DNA of 64,000 bases from Mustelus asterias. Lineage: Eukaryota. Positions 35,140 through 47,764 of the stretch are shown here, in pieces. Within the stretch, counting starts at the first letter, position 1, and every line of letters begins with the position of its first letter. Under the pieces are notes generated by a model that saw only the letters and a list, made by a program, of their open reading frames with translations, searched no databases and had not been told where the DNA came from. A program made the translations under genes and the position numbers. Location: NCBI RefSeq assembly GCF_964213995.1, contig NW_027590261.1:186001-250000 (forward strand), in the 5' to 3' direction.

Positions 35140-36184
35140 TATAAAATTACAGCACAGAAACAAGCCCTTTGGCCCTCCAAGCCTGGAGCAACCATGCTGC
35201 CCGTCTGAACTAAAACCCCCTACCTTTCCGGGGACCATATCCCTCTATTCCTATGCTATTCATATATTTGTCAAGACACATCTTAAAGTTACTATCGTAT
35301 CTGCTTCCACTACCTTCCCCGGCAACGAGTTCCAGGCACCCACCACCCTCTGTGTAAAGAACCTGCCTCGTACATCTCCTTTAAACCTTGCCCCTCGCAC
35401 CTTAAACCTATGCCCCTAGTAATTGACTCTTCCACCCTGGGAAAAAGCTTCTGATTATCCACTCTGTCCATGCCCCTCATAATCTTGTAGACTTCTATCA
35501 GGTTGCCCTCCTCAACCTCCGTTGTTCCAGTGAGAACAAACCAAGTTTCTCCAACTTCTCCTCATAGCTAATGCCCTCCACACCAGGCAACATCCTGATA
35601 AATATTTTCCGTACCCTCTCCAAAGCCTCCACATCCTTCTGGTAGTGTGGTGACCAGAATTGAACACTAGATTCCAAGTGCGGTTTAACTAAGGTTCTAT
35701 AAAGCTGCAACATGACTTGCCAATTTTTAAACTCAATGCCCCGGCCGATGAAGGCAAGCATGCCGTATGCCTTCTTGACTATCTTCCCCACCTGCATTGC
35801 CACTTTCAATGACCTGTGTACCTGTACACCTGGATCCCTCTGCCTATCAGTACTCTTCAGGGTTCTGCTATTTACTGTACATATCCCATCTGTATTAGAC
35901 CTTCCAAAATGCATTACCTCACATTTGTCCAGATTAAACTTAATCTGCCATCTCTTCGCCCAAGTCTCCAACTGATCTATGTCCTGCTGTATCCTCTGCC
36001 GGTCCCCATCGCTATCCGCAATTCCACTAACCTTTGTGTCGTCCACAAACTTACCAATAAAACCAGTTACATTTTCCTCCAAGTCATTTATATATATTAC
36101 AAACAGCAAAAGTCCCAGCACTGATCCCTGAGGAACGTCACTTGTCACAGCCCTCCATTCAGAAATGTACCTTTGCACTGCCAA
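35140..36184 (-). mobile_element. CR1 LINE 3' part (RT end, ORF2 C-terminus, 3' UTR)
   Basis: VPQGSVLG..FVIYINDL..KFVDDTKV..LVKPHLE..LGLFSLEQRRLR. Confidence 0.9.
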
Positions 36185-36435
36185 CCTCTGTTTTCTTCTG
36201 ACTAAATATCTCGAAACTTCCTAACACCCTGTCACTCTGTGATCCTTGTGACATTTGAAACCAGGTATTCACAAAAAGACTCAAAGAGCATCAGCCCACT
36301 GGAGGCTGAGACCAGCCAGTCCAGCACAAAGAAACCCTCTGACCCTCCCCATTGACCAACTGTGAGAATGAACAAAATGCAAGCCTGGATGCAACTGAGA
36401 GCAGAAACAATAACAGCAGAATCCAACCCCTGGAA

Positions 36436-36729
36436 TCACTCGTGAACTTGCTGGTGTCTCAGCAGCTCGGATGAAACTCTGAAACACTTTCCACACTGAG
36501 AGCAGGTGAATGGCCTCTCCCCTGTGCGAACTTGCTGGTGTGTCTGCAGGTCAGATGAGTTCGTAAATCCCTCCCCACACTGAGAGCAGATGAATGGTCT
36601 CTCCCCAGTGTGAACTCGCTGGTGTATCCGCAGGTGGGATGACCGAATGAATCCCTTCCCACACTGAGAGCAGGTGAATGGCCTCTCCCCTGTGTGACGT
36701 AGCTGGTGTCTCTGCAGGTCGGCTGACTG
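36436..36729 (-). pseudogene. 5'-truncated C2H2 zinc-finger array with family 3' UTR (to ~36190)
   Basis: About 3.5 fingers ending HQQVHE*. Downstream sequence is an inverted paralog of 47460-47770. Confidence 0.8.
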
Positions 36730-37460
36730 CTTTGAGTGTGGGAAGAGATTCACTCAGTCATCACACCTGCAGACACACAAGCGAGTTCATAGTGGGGAGA
36801 GGCCATTCACCTGCACTGAGTGTGGGAAGGGATTCAAGGATTCATCTACCCTGCGGACACACCAGCGAGTTCACACCAGGGAGAGACCGTTCACCTGTGC
36901 TGAGTGTGGGAAAGGATTCACTCAGTTATCCAACTTGCTGACACACCAGCGAATCCACACTGGAGAGAGACCATTCATCTGCTCTCAGTGTGGGAAAGCA
37001 TTCACTGAGCCATCCTGTCTGCTGACACATCAACGCAGTCACACCAGGAAGACGCTGTTCACCTGCGCTGAGTGTGGGAAGGGATTCACACGGTCACCGC
37101 ATCTGCTGACACACCAGCGAGTTCACACTGGGGAGAGGCCATTCACTTGCTCTGTGTGTGGGAAGGGATTCACTCAGTCATCCAACCTGCTGACACACCA
37201 GCGAGTTCACAGCAGGAAGAACCCATTCACCTGCTCCAAGAGAAGGATTCATTGAGTCATCCAGTCTGCTAAAACACCAATGTGGTCGCACTGGGGAAAG
37301 ACCTTTGATGTGTTTTGTGTATGAGGAGAGATTCACTGATTCATCCAACCTGCTGAGACACCAGCAAGTCCACATTGAGGAGAGGCCATTCCCCTGCCCT
37401 GAGTTTAGGGAACGTCATCAGTCATCCAACTGGCTGACACACCAACAAGTTCACACCAAT
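36728..37460 (+). pseudogene. 5'-truncated C2H2 zinc-finger array
   Basis: Open frame 36728-37255 with 6 fingers and no ATG-bearing 5' end, then frameshifted degenerate fingers. Confidence 0.8.
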
Positions 37461-38039
37461 TAGAGACCTTTTCTTTTTAATCACAGAATTCCTACAGTGC
37501 AGAAGGAGGTCACTTGGCCCATTGAGTCTGCACCGACCACAATCCCAACCAGGCCCCACTCCAGTAAACCTACACATTTACCCTGCTAATCCCCCTGACG
37601 CTAAGGGGCAATTTACCACGGCCAATCAACCTAACCGGCACATCTTTAGAAAATGGGAGGAAATCGGAGCACCTGGAGGAAACCCACACAGACACGAGGA
37701 GAACATGCAAACTCCACACAGACAGTCACCCGAGGCTGGAATTGAACCCGGATTCCTGCCCTGACTATGGGTGTTAATTGAATCAATTGAGTTGAAGAAT
37801 GTACAGATGGAGGGCTTTGATCAAATAATTATATGAGTGTGTATGAAGAAAGTATGTATAAAGAGTTGGGAGTTAAATGTATTCCAAGTAAAGATTGGTT
37901 CCAGTTTCTTCCTTCACCATAAGGCTGCCAGGATTAGAACATGGTCACAGGGAATGTTTGTCCAATGGTGAAGTTTGGAAACTGGAGGGAAGTATATTTC
38001 AGACAGAAGCTTACAATCCCAGCAGCTTTTGTGAGAGAT

Positions 38040-39620
38040 GAAAGGCAGTGGGAATTGTCAGGGTCTGATTACCCGCCGATGTTCTCGGAGCCTGAACCAT
38101 ACGACCAGTGGAAAAATGAAGTGGAGATGTGAACATGGGTTACATCCCTACAATGAGAAAACAATGTCTGGCCTTGGCATTGTCACTTCCTAACGAAAGG
38201 AAAATTGGCAGCAAAACATTTTCTGAGCTGGAAATCCACGAGTAGTATACTGATCAAGGTTTGGATCTTTTACTCGGTTTCATTGATGAGATTTACAAGA
38301 AAGATGATCTGATGGGTGCCTGTGAAGCATAGTCAGACTTTGTCAAGTTTTGAATCAGGGTGTAAGTATATTTAGCAGATCTGGATATCACAAAAAAGTA
38401 AGAGTTTTATCAACACCAGGTTAAAGTCCAACAGGTTTATTTGGTAGCAAATACCATTAGCTACCAAATTTTTTACATGGAATTTTTTACATGCAAATAC
38501 CATTAGCTACCAAATATTTGCTACCAAATAAACCTGTTGGACTTTAACCTGGTGTTGTTAAAACTCTTACTGTGTTTACCCCAGTCCAACGCCGGCATCT
38601 CCACATCATATCACAAAAAAGACAGGATTGGAAAAGCACGAATAGGTGAATGAATCTCAGGAATGACAGGGGAACAATTACCGTGAAATTCCCCTGGTCG
38701 TCACAGTCCGGCGCCTGTTCGGGTTAATGCGCCTAACGTGGGAGGAAACCAGAGCACCCGGAGGAAACCCTCGCAGACATGTGGAGAACATGCAAACTCC
38801 ACACAGACAGTGACCCAAGCCAGTAATCGAATCCAGGTCCCTGGCGCTGAGGCAAGAGTGCTAACCAGTGTGCTACCCTTCTGTCCCAGAGATAAAGACA
38901 GCAACCAGTCTTAGAGCTACGCAAACAATTTTCTTATCTTTGTTAAAGATTAAAAATCCCGCAAAAAGATGCAGGGGAGTTGATGAAGAGTATCTGAGGC
39001 TCATAGAACAGACTAATGCAAAGTGTGGAATGTGTTAAAAGGATTGAAGGATGCTGTCACATCCGATTGTAAAGCTGCCCTTGGCACATGACCTTAACGA
39101 GGTATTTTCGTGGATCTAAAGGTATGAGACAAAGACAGAAATATTTCCATTCTACACATGACAGACATGGTGACCCAATTTAGTCTTTCTCCAATAATAC
39201 ATGGCAAGGACAAAAGGGTGATTCTAGACCAAGTGATGGAGAAGTGGACATGGACTGGACCTGGGGCACCAGCTAAGTTTCTGGCTGATAATGGAGGGGA
39301 ATTTGTTAATGATGAGTTTGGAGACGTGTGTTAGAACATGAACATTCTGGTCATGAACACAGCAGCTGAAAGTCCTTTCAGTGATGGACTCTGTGAAAGG
39401 AATCACACGGTGATCGATGAAATGCTGCAGAAAATCTTAGCTGATCAGCCAAACTGCAAGTTGATAACTGCACCGGCCTGGACGGTTCATGTAAAGAATT
39501 CACTTCAGGTGGTTGGAGGGTAGAATCCCTGTCAATTGGTCTATGGGAGAAATCTCTAATTCCCCTCTGTGCCGGGCGATCGCCCTCCTGCCTTAGAAGG
39601 GGACGACAATTAGTATAAAT
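38040..39620 (+). mobile_element. Copia (GalEa-like) relic: gag (38040-38345) and integrase (~38885-39620), interrupted by PLE and SINE
   Basis: YPPMFSEPEPYDQWKNEVEM; KFLADNGGEF, MNTAAESPFSDGLCERNH, KNSLQ; many stop codons. Confidence 0.7.
38399..38607. mobile_element. 209-bp fold-back PLE terminal insertion with scrambled centre
   Basis: Inverted arms plus tail; TSD ATATCACAAAAAAG at 38385-38398 and 38608-38621. Confidence 0.85.
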
Positions 39621-39688
39621 TTTATTCATATTATCAGATTGTTTCACTAAAGTAAGTGCCCGAGCTCAGAAATTATTGTGGATCCTAG

Positions 39689-40024
39689 ATCATAGAAACC
39701 CTACAGTACAGAAAGAGGCCATTCGGCCCATCGAGTCTCCACCGACCACAATCCCACCCAGGCCCTACCCCCACATATTTTACCCGCTAATCCCTCTAAC
39801 CTACGCATCCCAGGACTCTAAGGGGCAATTTTTTTAACCTGGCCAATCAACCTAACCCGCACATCTTTGGACTGTGGGAGGAAACCGGAGCACCCGGAGG
39901 AAACCCACGCAGACACGAGGAGAATGTGCAAACTCCACACAGACAGTGACCCGAGCCGGGAATTGAACCCGGGACCCTGGAGCTGTGAAGCAGCAGTGCT
40001 AACCACTGTGCTACCGTGCCGCCC
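39689..40024 (-). mobile_element. Full-length HE1/V-SINE
   Basis: tRNA-like head GGGCGGCACGGTAGCACAGTGGTTAGC...GGTTCAATTCC, V domain, CR1-like tail ending TTCTATGA. Confidence 0.9.
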
Positions 40025-42588
40025 AACAGAACAGCAGTGTCTTATAATGTAATACTTTGTACATTTTTTTTCTTTGATTCATTGTGAAATATGTTGTTGT
40101 GTATTGTTCTGATCCTAATCAGGATTGTTAATGTTTAAAGAGAAACTCAAATACCCAGTGATTAACAAAGAATTGCACCACAAGATTCCACATTTTTAAA
40201 CAAGAACAAAATTTATAAAACAAAATATTAAAAGCCAGTTCTATGAACATAGCATAAGTCTTTCAATTATCAGATTATTTCATGAAGAGAATATTAACAA
40301 CTTATTGTGGTTCTGAGGAGAGGGGTGTCTTTATTTGTAATGCTTTGTACAAAAGGAGGAAAGTCACATTTTTTCTTCTTTGATTTGCTCTGAAACATTT
40401 TGTCTGAATGTTTTGTGATCCCGGTCGGGACAATTAATGTTTAAAGAAAATTGTGAACACCCAGTGATTAACTAAAAGAATTAGATGAAAAGATTTAACA
40501 TTTTTAAACAAAAACAAACTTTACTGTATATATGAAACAAAATAAAATGTAAGAATACAGCACTACAAACTGAATACTGTAATCGATAAAGACTTATGGT
40601 ATAAACCTGTTTTTTAACCTCACCCCAAAAGTTTCTTCATACTTAATGATATCTTGAAAGTTCAATTCTGTTCCTGGGACTCTCAAAGGAATGTCAAAGC
40701 TCTGCAGAATTCACTTTAATTTTCCTCACTTTTCCAGCTCTTCTCCAGGCTCCAAGATTTTACGGAGGGTCTTTCCATTAGCTTTTGGCTAAACAATTCT
40801 CCAATTTTCCTTTGAGACCTCAAAACTGTGGACTCCTCAGTCCAACCGTGGGCTTCGCTGCTTTCTTGCTGAGGGATTTAAACATTGGCAGCACCCCTGA
40901 TTCCCAATGACCCAGTGGCTTCTGGTCCCACAGCTCCTGGTTCCATAGCTGCCTGCCTCCAAGCTAACGGCAGACTGCTTGCTTTCTGTGAGAAACACCC
41001 AGAATTCCAACCAGGGCTCACTTACCCCGTGCTAAAACATCTGTTGGGATGTCTGATATATATTTAGTTTCAAAACTAAACCTTTTTTTCCTGAGGTCTG
41101 CATGAAGAATTCCACTCTCCAACAAAGACAGGGCAATAATTGTCAGACCTGAAGTCTCCAGGTCTCCAGCTAAAAGAGCCCAGCTGCCCTTTTACACTTC
41201 TTACCCTTCGAGTTTTGACATCTTAAACCAACATGGGCCACGCCTTGTGAATGTGAATCCCCTTCGGGTGTTTCTGTCAGATTCTCAGTGCAGGTTTTCC
41301 ATTTACCTTAAATTTTAAAAAAAGCAATTGTTGAACTAATTCATACTTCTAAAACATAGGAATTATGAAATTAGATCTTTGCAACACCTTCCCCATGAAG
41401 AAATGAAAATGTATCATCCTCGTATTATCCCATTTGAAACATTACAAAGTAGCCTTGAAAGATTGGCTCTTCTCTCTCCCCACAGATGCTGTCAGACCTG
41501 CTGAGATTTTCCAGCATTTTCTGTTTTTGTTTCAGATTCCAGCATCCGCAGTATTTTGCTTTCGACAACGTACAACATGTTGTATATTTAAATAGTTGTG
41601 ATCTTATCAAATGGTGAAGCAGGCTCAAAGAGCCAAATGGCCAACTCCTGTTCCAAAGTCTAATGTTTAATTACCTTATAACCTGCAATAGACATAATAA
41701 TCCCTCCATTGTCCACTTCACATTCACAAGTCCAGCTTGATAACAGCACACTGCTGGATTCCATGTCCAGGAATCTCAGTCCACTGAAGATGGAAAATAT
41801 TACTGCTTGGAGTGTTTTCTGAAAGTTTTCTTCTTACAATAATTATCGTGCAAAGTTCCTCCTGCAAGAGGAGGGTCCTCATTGCTGTTCATTTGTGAAT
41901 TTTCAACTTCAGTTTTGAAAACAGTCTGTTCAGAGTTCACATTTTGAACTTTATTTTCTTCCATGTTTGTAGCTCCTCCATTGTTTAAATCCAGAGAGAA
42001 TATTCCAGCCAATTCCACATTGAAATGTCTTCTTCTTGCTCTGTTGTAGCTGCAGCTTCATTTTTAATTTCATTTCCCAGAATCTCACATTCTGGATTCT
42101 CTTTTGGAGAGAGCAAGATCAAAATGGCTTCTTTTTGTGTCAACAACTCTTTCCTTCATTGGACAAAATCTTCTTCAGCCAAACTGTTGTTAAAATGCAT
42201 TTTATGTTCAAGCAAAAATGTTGACCATTCCCATCTGGAGACTATGTGATCTCGGGCTTCAGAAACAGAGGAATTGAGAACAAAAGCAGGGAGGTTATGC
42301 TGATAGTTTCTAAAGCTCTGGGTGAGGCCACAACAGAATACTGAGCCCAGTTCTGGTCACCACACATTTGGAAGGACGTGAGGGTCCTTGAGAGAGTGCA
42401 GAGGAGATTTACCGGGATGGTTCCAGGAATGAGGAATTTTATCCACAAGGCTAGGCTGGAGAAGCTGGGGTTGTTCTCTTTCGAGAAAAGGAGATGGAGG
42501 GGAGATTTGCTCGAGGTGTAAAAAATTAAAATAGGATTAAATAATGTGAGAAGGTAAAGTGATGTGAGTAAGGTAATGTGAGAAGGTG

Positions 42589-42910
42589 GGGCGGCACGAT
42601 GGCACAGTGGTTAGCACTGCTGCTTCACAGCTCCAGGGACCTGGGTTCGATTCCCGGCTTGGGTGACTGTCTGTGTGGAGTTTGCACATTCTCCTCGTGT
42701 CTGCATGGGTTTCCTCCGGGTGCTCCAGTTTCCTCCCACAGTCCAAAGATGCTAAAATTGTCCCTTAGTGTCCTGAGATGTGTAGGTTAGAAGATTAGCA
42801 GGTAAATATGTAGGGATATGGGGGTAGGGCCTGGGTGGGATTGTGGTCGGTGCAGACTCGATGGACCAAATGGCCTCTTTCTGCACTGTAGGGTTTCTAT
42901 GATTCTATGA
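42589..42910 (+). mobile_element. Near full-length HE1/V-SINE nested in a CR1 fragment
   Basis: GGGCGGCACGATGGCACAGTGGTTAGC...GGTTCGATTCC...TTCTATGATTCTATGA. Confidence 0.9.
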
Positions 42911-43798
42911 TAAAGCTGTTCCCATTAGCTGATGGTGCAAGGATAAGGATGCGAGAGATCCAGGGGGATGTGAGAAAGGGATGTTTTATGCAATGAGTGG
43001 GAATGAGCTGGAACTCTCTGCCTGTGAGGGTGGTGGAAGCAGAGACAATGAACGATTTAACAAGGAAAATGGACCGACACTTGCGGGAAATAGAACTGAA
43101 AGGATAAAGGGATAGAACCGGGCAATGGGACTGACCGGTTTACCCCATGAGAATAATCCCGGAACTGAGAGCATTTAACCCTCTGAAAATGCCGGTGTTA
43201 CTTTTCTCTGGAAAACTGAAGACTGACGGAAGTCTTCAAGATTATGAAGGGGTTCAATAATCCAGTACGGATTTAACGAGAAACACCTTTACCAGCGAGT
43301 GGTGAGAATGTGGAACTCACTACCACAGCGATTGGTTGAGGTGAACAGCATGAATACATTGAAGAGGAAGCGAGATACATACATGAGGGGGAAAGGGATG
43401 GAAGGATATGCTGATGGGGGGAGATGAAGAGGGGTGGGTGGAGGCTCATGTGGAGCATAAATACTGACATAGACCAGTTGAGCCGACTGGCCTGGCCCTG
43501 TGCTGTAGACTCAATGGGACAGAGACTAATGTATTTATTTTAGATCTACTTGAAGGAGAAATAGGATTTACTATCCAGGATCAAATAAATGTCCTTCATC
43601 AGCTTGTGTGGTTCATTTGTGGAAATGTGCTCTCCCAGCCCACTGGAAGCAAAGTTGTGAGAAAGACCAATCCAGCAGAGCTGGACCTTCTGATTCAGGA
43701 TCTTCTGATCCTCCCAATTCACCAACTGTCAGAATGAACATGGTTCAGTCCTGGGTGTGATTAACAGCAGCAATAACAGCAGAATCCAATCCCTGTCA

Positions 43799-44557
43799 TC
43801 ACTTGTGAACTCGCTGGTGGTTGCGCAGGTAGGTTGACCGACTGAATCTCTTCCCACGCTCAGAGCAGGTGAATGTCCTCTCCGCAGTGTGAAGACGCTG
43901 GTGTATCTGCAGGCTGGATGAATCAATGAATGCTTTCCCACACTCGGAGCAGGTGGGTGGCCACTCCCCAGTGTGAATCCGCTGGTGTGCCTTCAGGAAG
44001 GATGACCGACTGAATCCCTTTCCACACTCGGAGCAGGTAAACGGCCTCTCTTTGGTGTGAACTCGTTGGTGTATCCGCAGGCTTGATGAGTCAATGAATG
44101 CCTTCCCACACTCAGTACAGGTGAATGGCCTCTCCCCAGTGTGAGTGCGTTGGTGTATCCGCAGGTTGGAGGAGTGAGAGAATCCCTTTCCACAATCAGA
44201 GCAGGTGAACGGCCTCTCCCCGGTGTGAACTCGCTGGTGTGCCTGCAAGTGAGATAACCGACTGAATCCCATCTCACACTCAGAGCAAGTGAATGGCCTT
44301 TCCCCAGTGTGAATTCGCTGGTGTGTCAGCAGATCAGATGAAGGAGTGAAGGTCTTCCCACACTCGGAGCAGGTGAACGGCCTCTCCTTGGTGTGAACCC
44401 GCTGGTGTCTCAGCAGGTGGGATGAATGAGTGAATCCCTTACCACAATCACAGCAGGTGAACGGTCTCTCCCCAGTGTGACTGCGTCGATGAATTTCCAG
44501 CTGAGACGGGGATTTGAATCCCTTCCCACAATCCCCACATTTCCATGGTTTCTGCAT
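43799..44557 (-). CDS. Tandem C2H2 zinc-finger protein (8 canonical plus 1 degenerate finger)
   Basis: acc[22 protein letters not shown] linkers, open to HQRVHK*. Acceptor cttttacag at ~44886; first-exon donor gtgagg at 45812. Confidence 0.85.
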   Translation of the reverse strand: MQKPWKCGDCGKGFKSPSQLEIHRRSHTGERPFTCCDCGKGFTHSSHLLRHQRVHTKERPFTCSECGKTFTPSSDLLTHQRIHTGERPFTCSECEMGFSRLSHLQAHQRVHTGERPFTCSDCGKGFSHSSNLRIHQRTHTGERPFTCTECGKAFIDSSSLRIHQRVHTKERPFTCSECGKGFSRSSFLKAHQRIHTGEWPPTCSECGKAFIDSSSLQIHQRLHTAERTFTCSERGKRFSRSTYLRNHQRVHK

Positions 44558-45939
44558 GGTGCGGGTGTCCCTGTCTCCAGGTTTGTTGTTCAGCTGAGGT
44601 GGCCACACAAAGCGTCTGTACAATCTCTTCCTGGTGTAAATGGTGATGGTCTTTCAAACTATGTAACTGTCACTGGAACAGTCTTACCAGATGTTTGTAT
44701 CTTGCTGCTTTTCCAGTCACACTGATGTTTAAAACTTTCTGAAGCAAACAGAACAGAAAGACATTTCTCCTTCTTGATTCAAAGGCTAATGATATTCAGA
44801 TCCTGATAATCGAGTGACTCTGTCAATTCTTCACTTGATGCTTGATTTGAATTTTGTGTCTGCAAATCCTCCCCCTTTGAAGATCCTGTAAAAGAGGTTT
44901 ACAAATTTCATCACCGTCAGTTAAGGATAGAATCTACAATTGGCATTTGTTAATTTCTATGAAGCATTATTTTCTATCTTGTTCCCCGAAAGCTGTAAAT
45001 AACTGTCCCACACACTCCCTGCATTACCTGGAGTATTGTGTGGAGCTTTTGTCTCCTTACTAAAGGAAGGATACACTTGCAATAGAGGGAGTGGAGCAAG
45101 GGTTCATTCGACAAATCCCTGGAAGGGTGGAAGTTTCCTCAGAGGAGACTGGGCCTCTATTCTCTCAAAGTTTCGAAGAATGAGGGCTGATCTTCTATAA
45201 CTCAACTGAGTTGAGGAGGAACTTCTTCACACAAAGGTTGTGAATCTGTGTAATTCCCTGCCCAGTGAAGCAGTTGAGGCTACCTCATTGAATGTTTTTA
45301 AGGCAAGGATAGATACATTTTTGAACAGTAAAGGAATTAAGGGTTGTGGGGAGCGGGCAGGTAAGTGGAGCTGAGTCCACAAAAAAATCAGCCATGATCT
45401 TATTGAATGGCGGGGCAGGCTCGAGGGGCCAGATGGCCTACTCCTGCTCCTAGTTCTTATGTTCTTATAATAACTCTAGATGTATCAATGTTGTTATGAT
45501 CCCTATGAATACAATAACCTTAAAATTAACAAATTCCCAGACAAACCCAATGGAATAAACAAAGGGAAAGATTTCACCTTCTAATAAATCTTGCAATAAT
45601 CAAATTAAAATCAACATCAATGAATCATGCATTAACAGACAAACAGTATTTGAATAGACAGGATAAATTTCACTTTAAAAAGCTCAGACAATAAAACAGG
45701 TTCCACAAAATCACAAACATTTCCCCCCTCACCATATTTGGCTCCAATTCCAGTTCCAGAGTCCCACAACTCTCTGTATTTCCCAGGGGGAGAAAGAAAG
45801 TGTTTTCCTCACAGATGTTGTCCAGAGGATGAAGTTTGAGTCTGTGGTGAAGCTACAAACAGAAGCTGTTCTGTTTCAAATCAAACTGCGGGACTGGGAA
45901 GAAAATGATGGGAAGAGATTTTGCAAAGTCCCCTCCCCC

Positions 45940-46350
45940 ACTCCCTCAGCTGGCAGCCCAGCACGCAGGCGCAGAGAGCGCTGCTGAGCCGAGCTGTCCG
46001 GAGCAGGCGCAGAGAGCGCTGCTGAGCCGAGCTGTCCGGAGCAGGCGCAGTGCGGCTGCCGCCAGCGGTCGCTCTCGATCTCTTTTTGGAGCCGCAGCCG
46101 CCGTAGAGAGAGGGGGGAGGGGGAGATCACCGAGCGGCTTCTCGCTCTGGCCGGAGCCGCCAGCCGGTTGCCTGGAAACCGTGGCTGGAGGAGGTGCAGG
46201 GGGAGGGGAACAATGGGCGGGGGCGGGGCTCCCGGGTCCGCGAGCCGGGCCTGCGCCATGGAACCCCGACACGTCACTACGAAGCCCAGTAATTCCGATT
46301 GGCTGATTTAGGCAGCGCTCCATTGTGACGTCTCAATGCGGAAGTTGGCC
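45940..46350. promoter_or_regulatory. CpG-island bidirectional promoter between head-to-head ZNF genes
   Basis: CpG-rich; GC boxes ~46216-46229, CACGTCAC, ATTGG, TGACGTC, CGGAAGT; 38-bp tandem duplication at 45965-46050. Confidence 0.75.
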
Positions 46351-46600
46351 ACTGAGCTTCAGATTAAACCTTCCACTTCGATTTGAAAAGACTTCGGCCA
46401 TCAGTGAGTGGAAAAGCAGCAACACACTGCCACACCCGAGTGAGATTGTTCCAGAGCACGGACTAAAGAGCTTTAACCAGTTACACAGCCTGAATAAATA
46501 TCACACCATTCACAGCAGGGAGAGACTGTACCCGTGTTCTGTGTGTGGACAAGGCGTCAACTGATTGGCCACCCAAGGGAGAGGCAAGGACACCTGCACC

Positions 46601-47419
46601 ATGGAGAAACCATGGAAATGTGCGGACTGTGGGAAGAGATACAGAGCCCCCTCTCTGCTGGATGCTCATCGGCGCAGCCACACTGGGGAGAGGCCATTCA
46701 TCTGCTCTCAGTGTGGGGAGGGATTCGCTCTGTTGCCCAGTCTGCAGTCACACCAGCGAGTTCACACTGGAGAGAGACCATTCACCTGCTCTCAGTGTGG
46801 AAAGGGATTCACTGTGTTATCCACTTTGCAGAGACACCAGCGAATTCACACTGGGGAGAGGCTGTTTATTTGCTCTCGGTGTAGGAAGGGATTCAACCAG
46901 TTATCCAATCTATGGACACACATGCGAATTCATACTGGGGAGAGGCCATTCATCTGCTCTCGTTGTGGGAAGAGATTCACTCGGTCATCCGACCTGTGGA
47001 CACATCAGCACGTTCACACCGGGGAGAGGCCATTCACCTGCTCTCAGTGTGGGAAGAGATTCACTCGGTCATTCGACCTGCGGAGACACCAGCAAGTTCA
47101 CACAGGGGAGAGGCCATTTACCTGCGCTCAGTGTGGGAAGGGTTTCAGTCACTTATCCACCCAGCAGAAACACCAGCGAGTTCACACTGGAGAGAGGCCG
47201 TTCACCTGCTCTCAGTGTGGGAAGAGATTCACTCAGTCATCCCACCTGTGGAGACACCAGCAAGTTCACACAGGGGAGAGGCCATTTACCTGCTCTCAGT
47301 GTGGGAAGGGTTTCAGTCAGTTATCCAACCTGCAGAGACACCAGCAAATTCACATGGGGAGAGACCATTCACCTGCTCTGAGTGTGGGAAGGAATTCACT
47401 CAGTTATCCCACCTGTTGA
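46601..47419 (+). CDS. Tandem C2H2 zinc-finger protein (9 fingers, then a frameshift at ~47354)
   Basis: accATGG EKPWKCADCGK; 9 canonical fingers; decayed fingers continue in another frame. Confidence 0.8.
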   Translation: MEKPWKCADCGKRYRAPSLLDAHRRSHTGERPFICSQCGEGFALLPSLQSHQRVHTGERPFTCSQCGKGFTVLSTLQRHQRIHTGERLFICSRCRKGFNQLSNLWTHMRIHTGERPFICSRCGKRFTRSSDLWTHQHVHTGERPFTCSQCGKRFTRSFDLRRHQQVHTGERPFTCAQCGKGFSHLSTQQKHQRVHTGERPFTCSQCGKRFTQSSHLWRHQQVHTGERPFTCSQCGKGFSQLSNLQRHQQIHMGRDHSPALSVGRNSLSYPTC

Positions 47420-47764
47420 GAGACATCACTGAAGTTACACTGGGGAGAAACTGTCCACCTGCTCAGTGTATAAAAAGTGTTCAGAATTTCATCACAGCGG
47501 CTGAGGCACCAACAAGTGCACAGGGGTTGGATTCTGCTGTTATTGTTTCTGCTCTCAATTACATCCAGGATTGCATTTTGTTCATTCTCACAGTTAGTCA
47601 ATGGGGAGGGTCAGAGGGTTTCTTTCTGCTGGACTGGCCGGTCTCACAACTTTGCCTCCAGTGAGTTGATGCTCTTTGGGTCTTGTTGCGAATACCTTGT
47701 TTTAAATTTCACAAGGATCACAGAGTGACCGGGTGTGAGGAAGTTCAGAGATATTTAGTCAGCA

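Noticed and set aside
39689-40024. tRNA genes at SINE heads (also 42589, 59113, 61868)
   Set aside because: A/B boxes continue into SINE bodies; no cloverleaf acceptor stem.
45876-46323. Overlapping 125-133-aa ORFs in the CpG island, including an RLQKEI motif reminiscent of E2 enzymes
   Set aside because: GC-rich stop-poor sequence, open on both strands; no further E2 motifs such as HPN or the catalytic Cys.
46545-47664. Alternative-frame ORFs (…[11 protein letters not shown]…, …MWEGIHS…) over ZNF genes
   Set aside because: Well-known shadow frames of C2H2 repeats.
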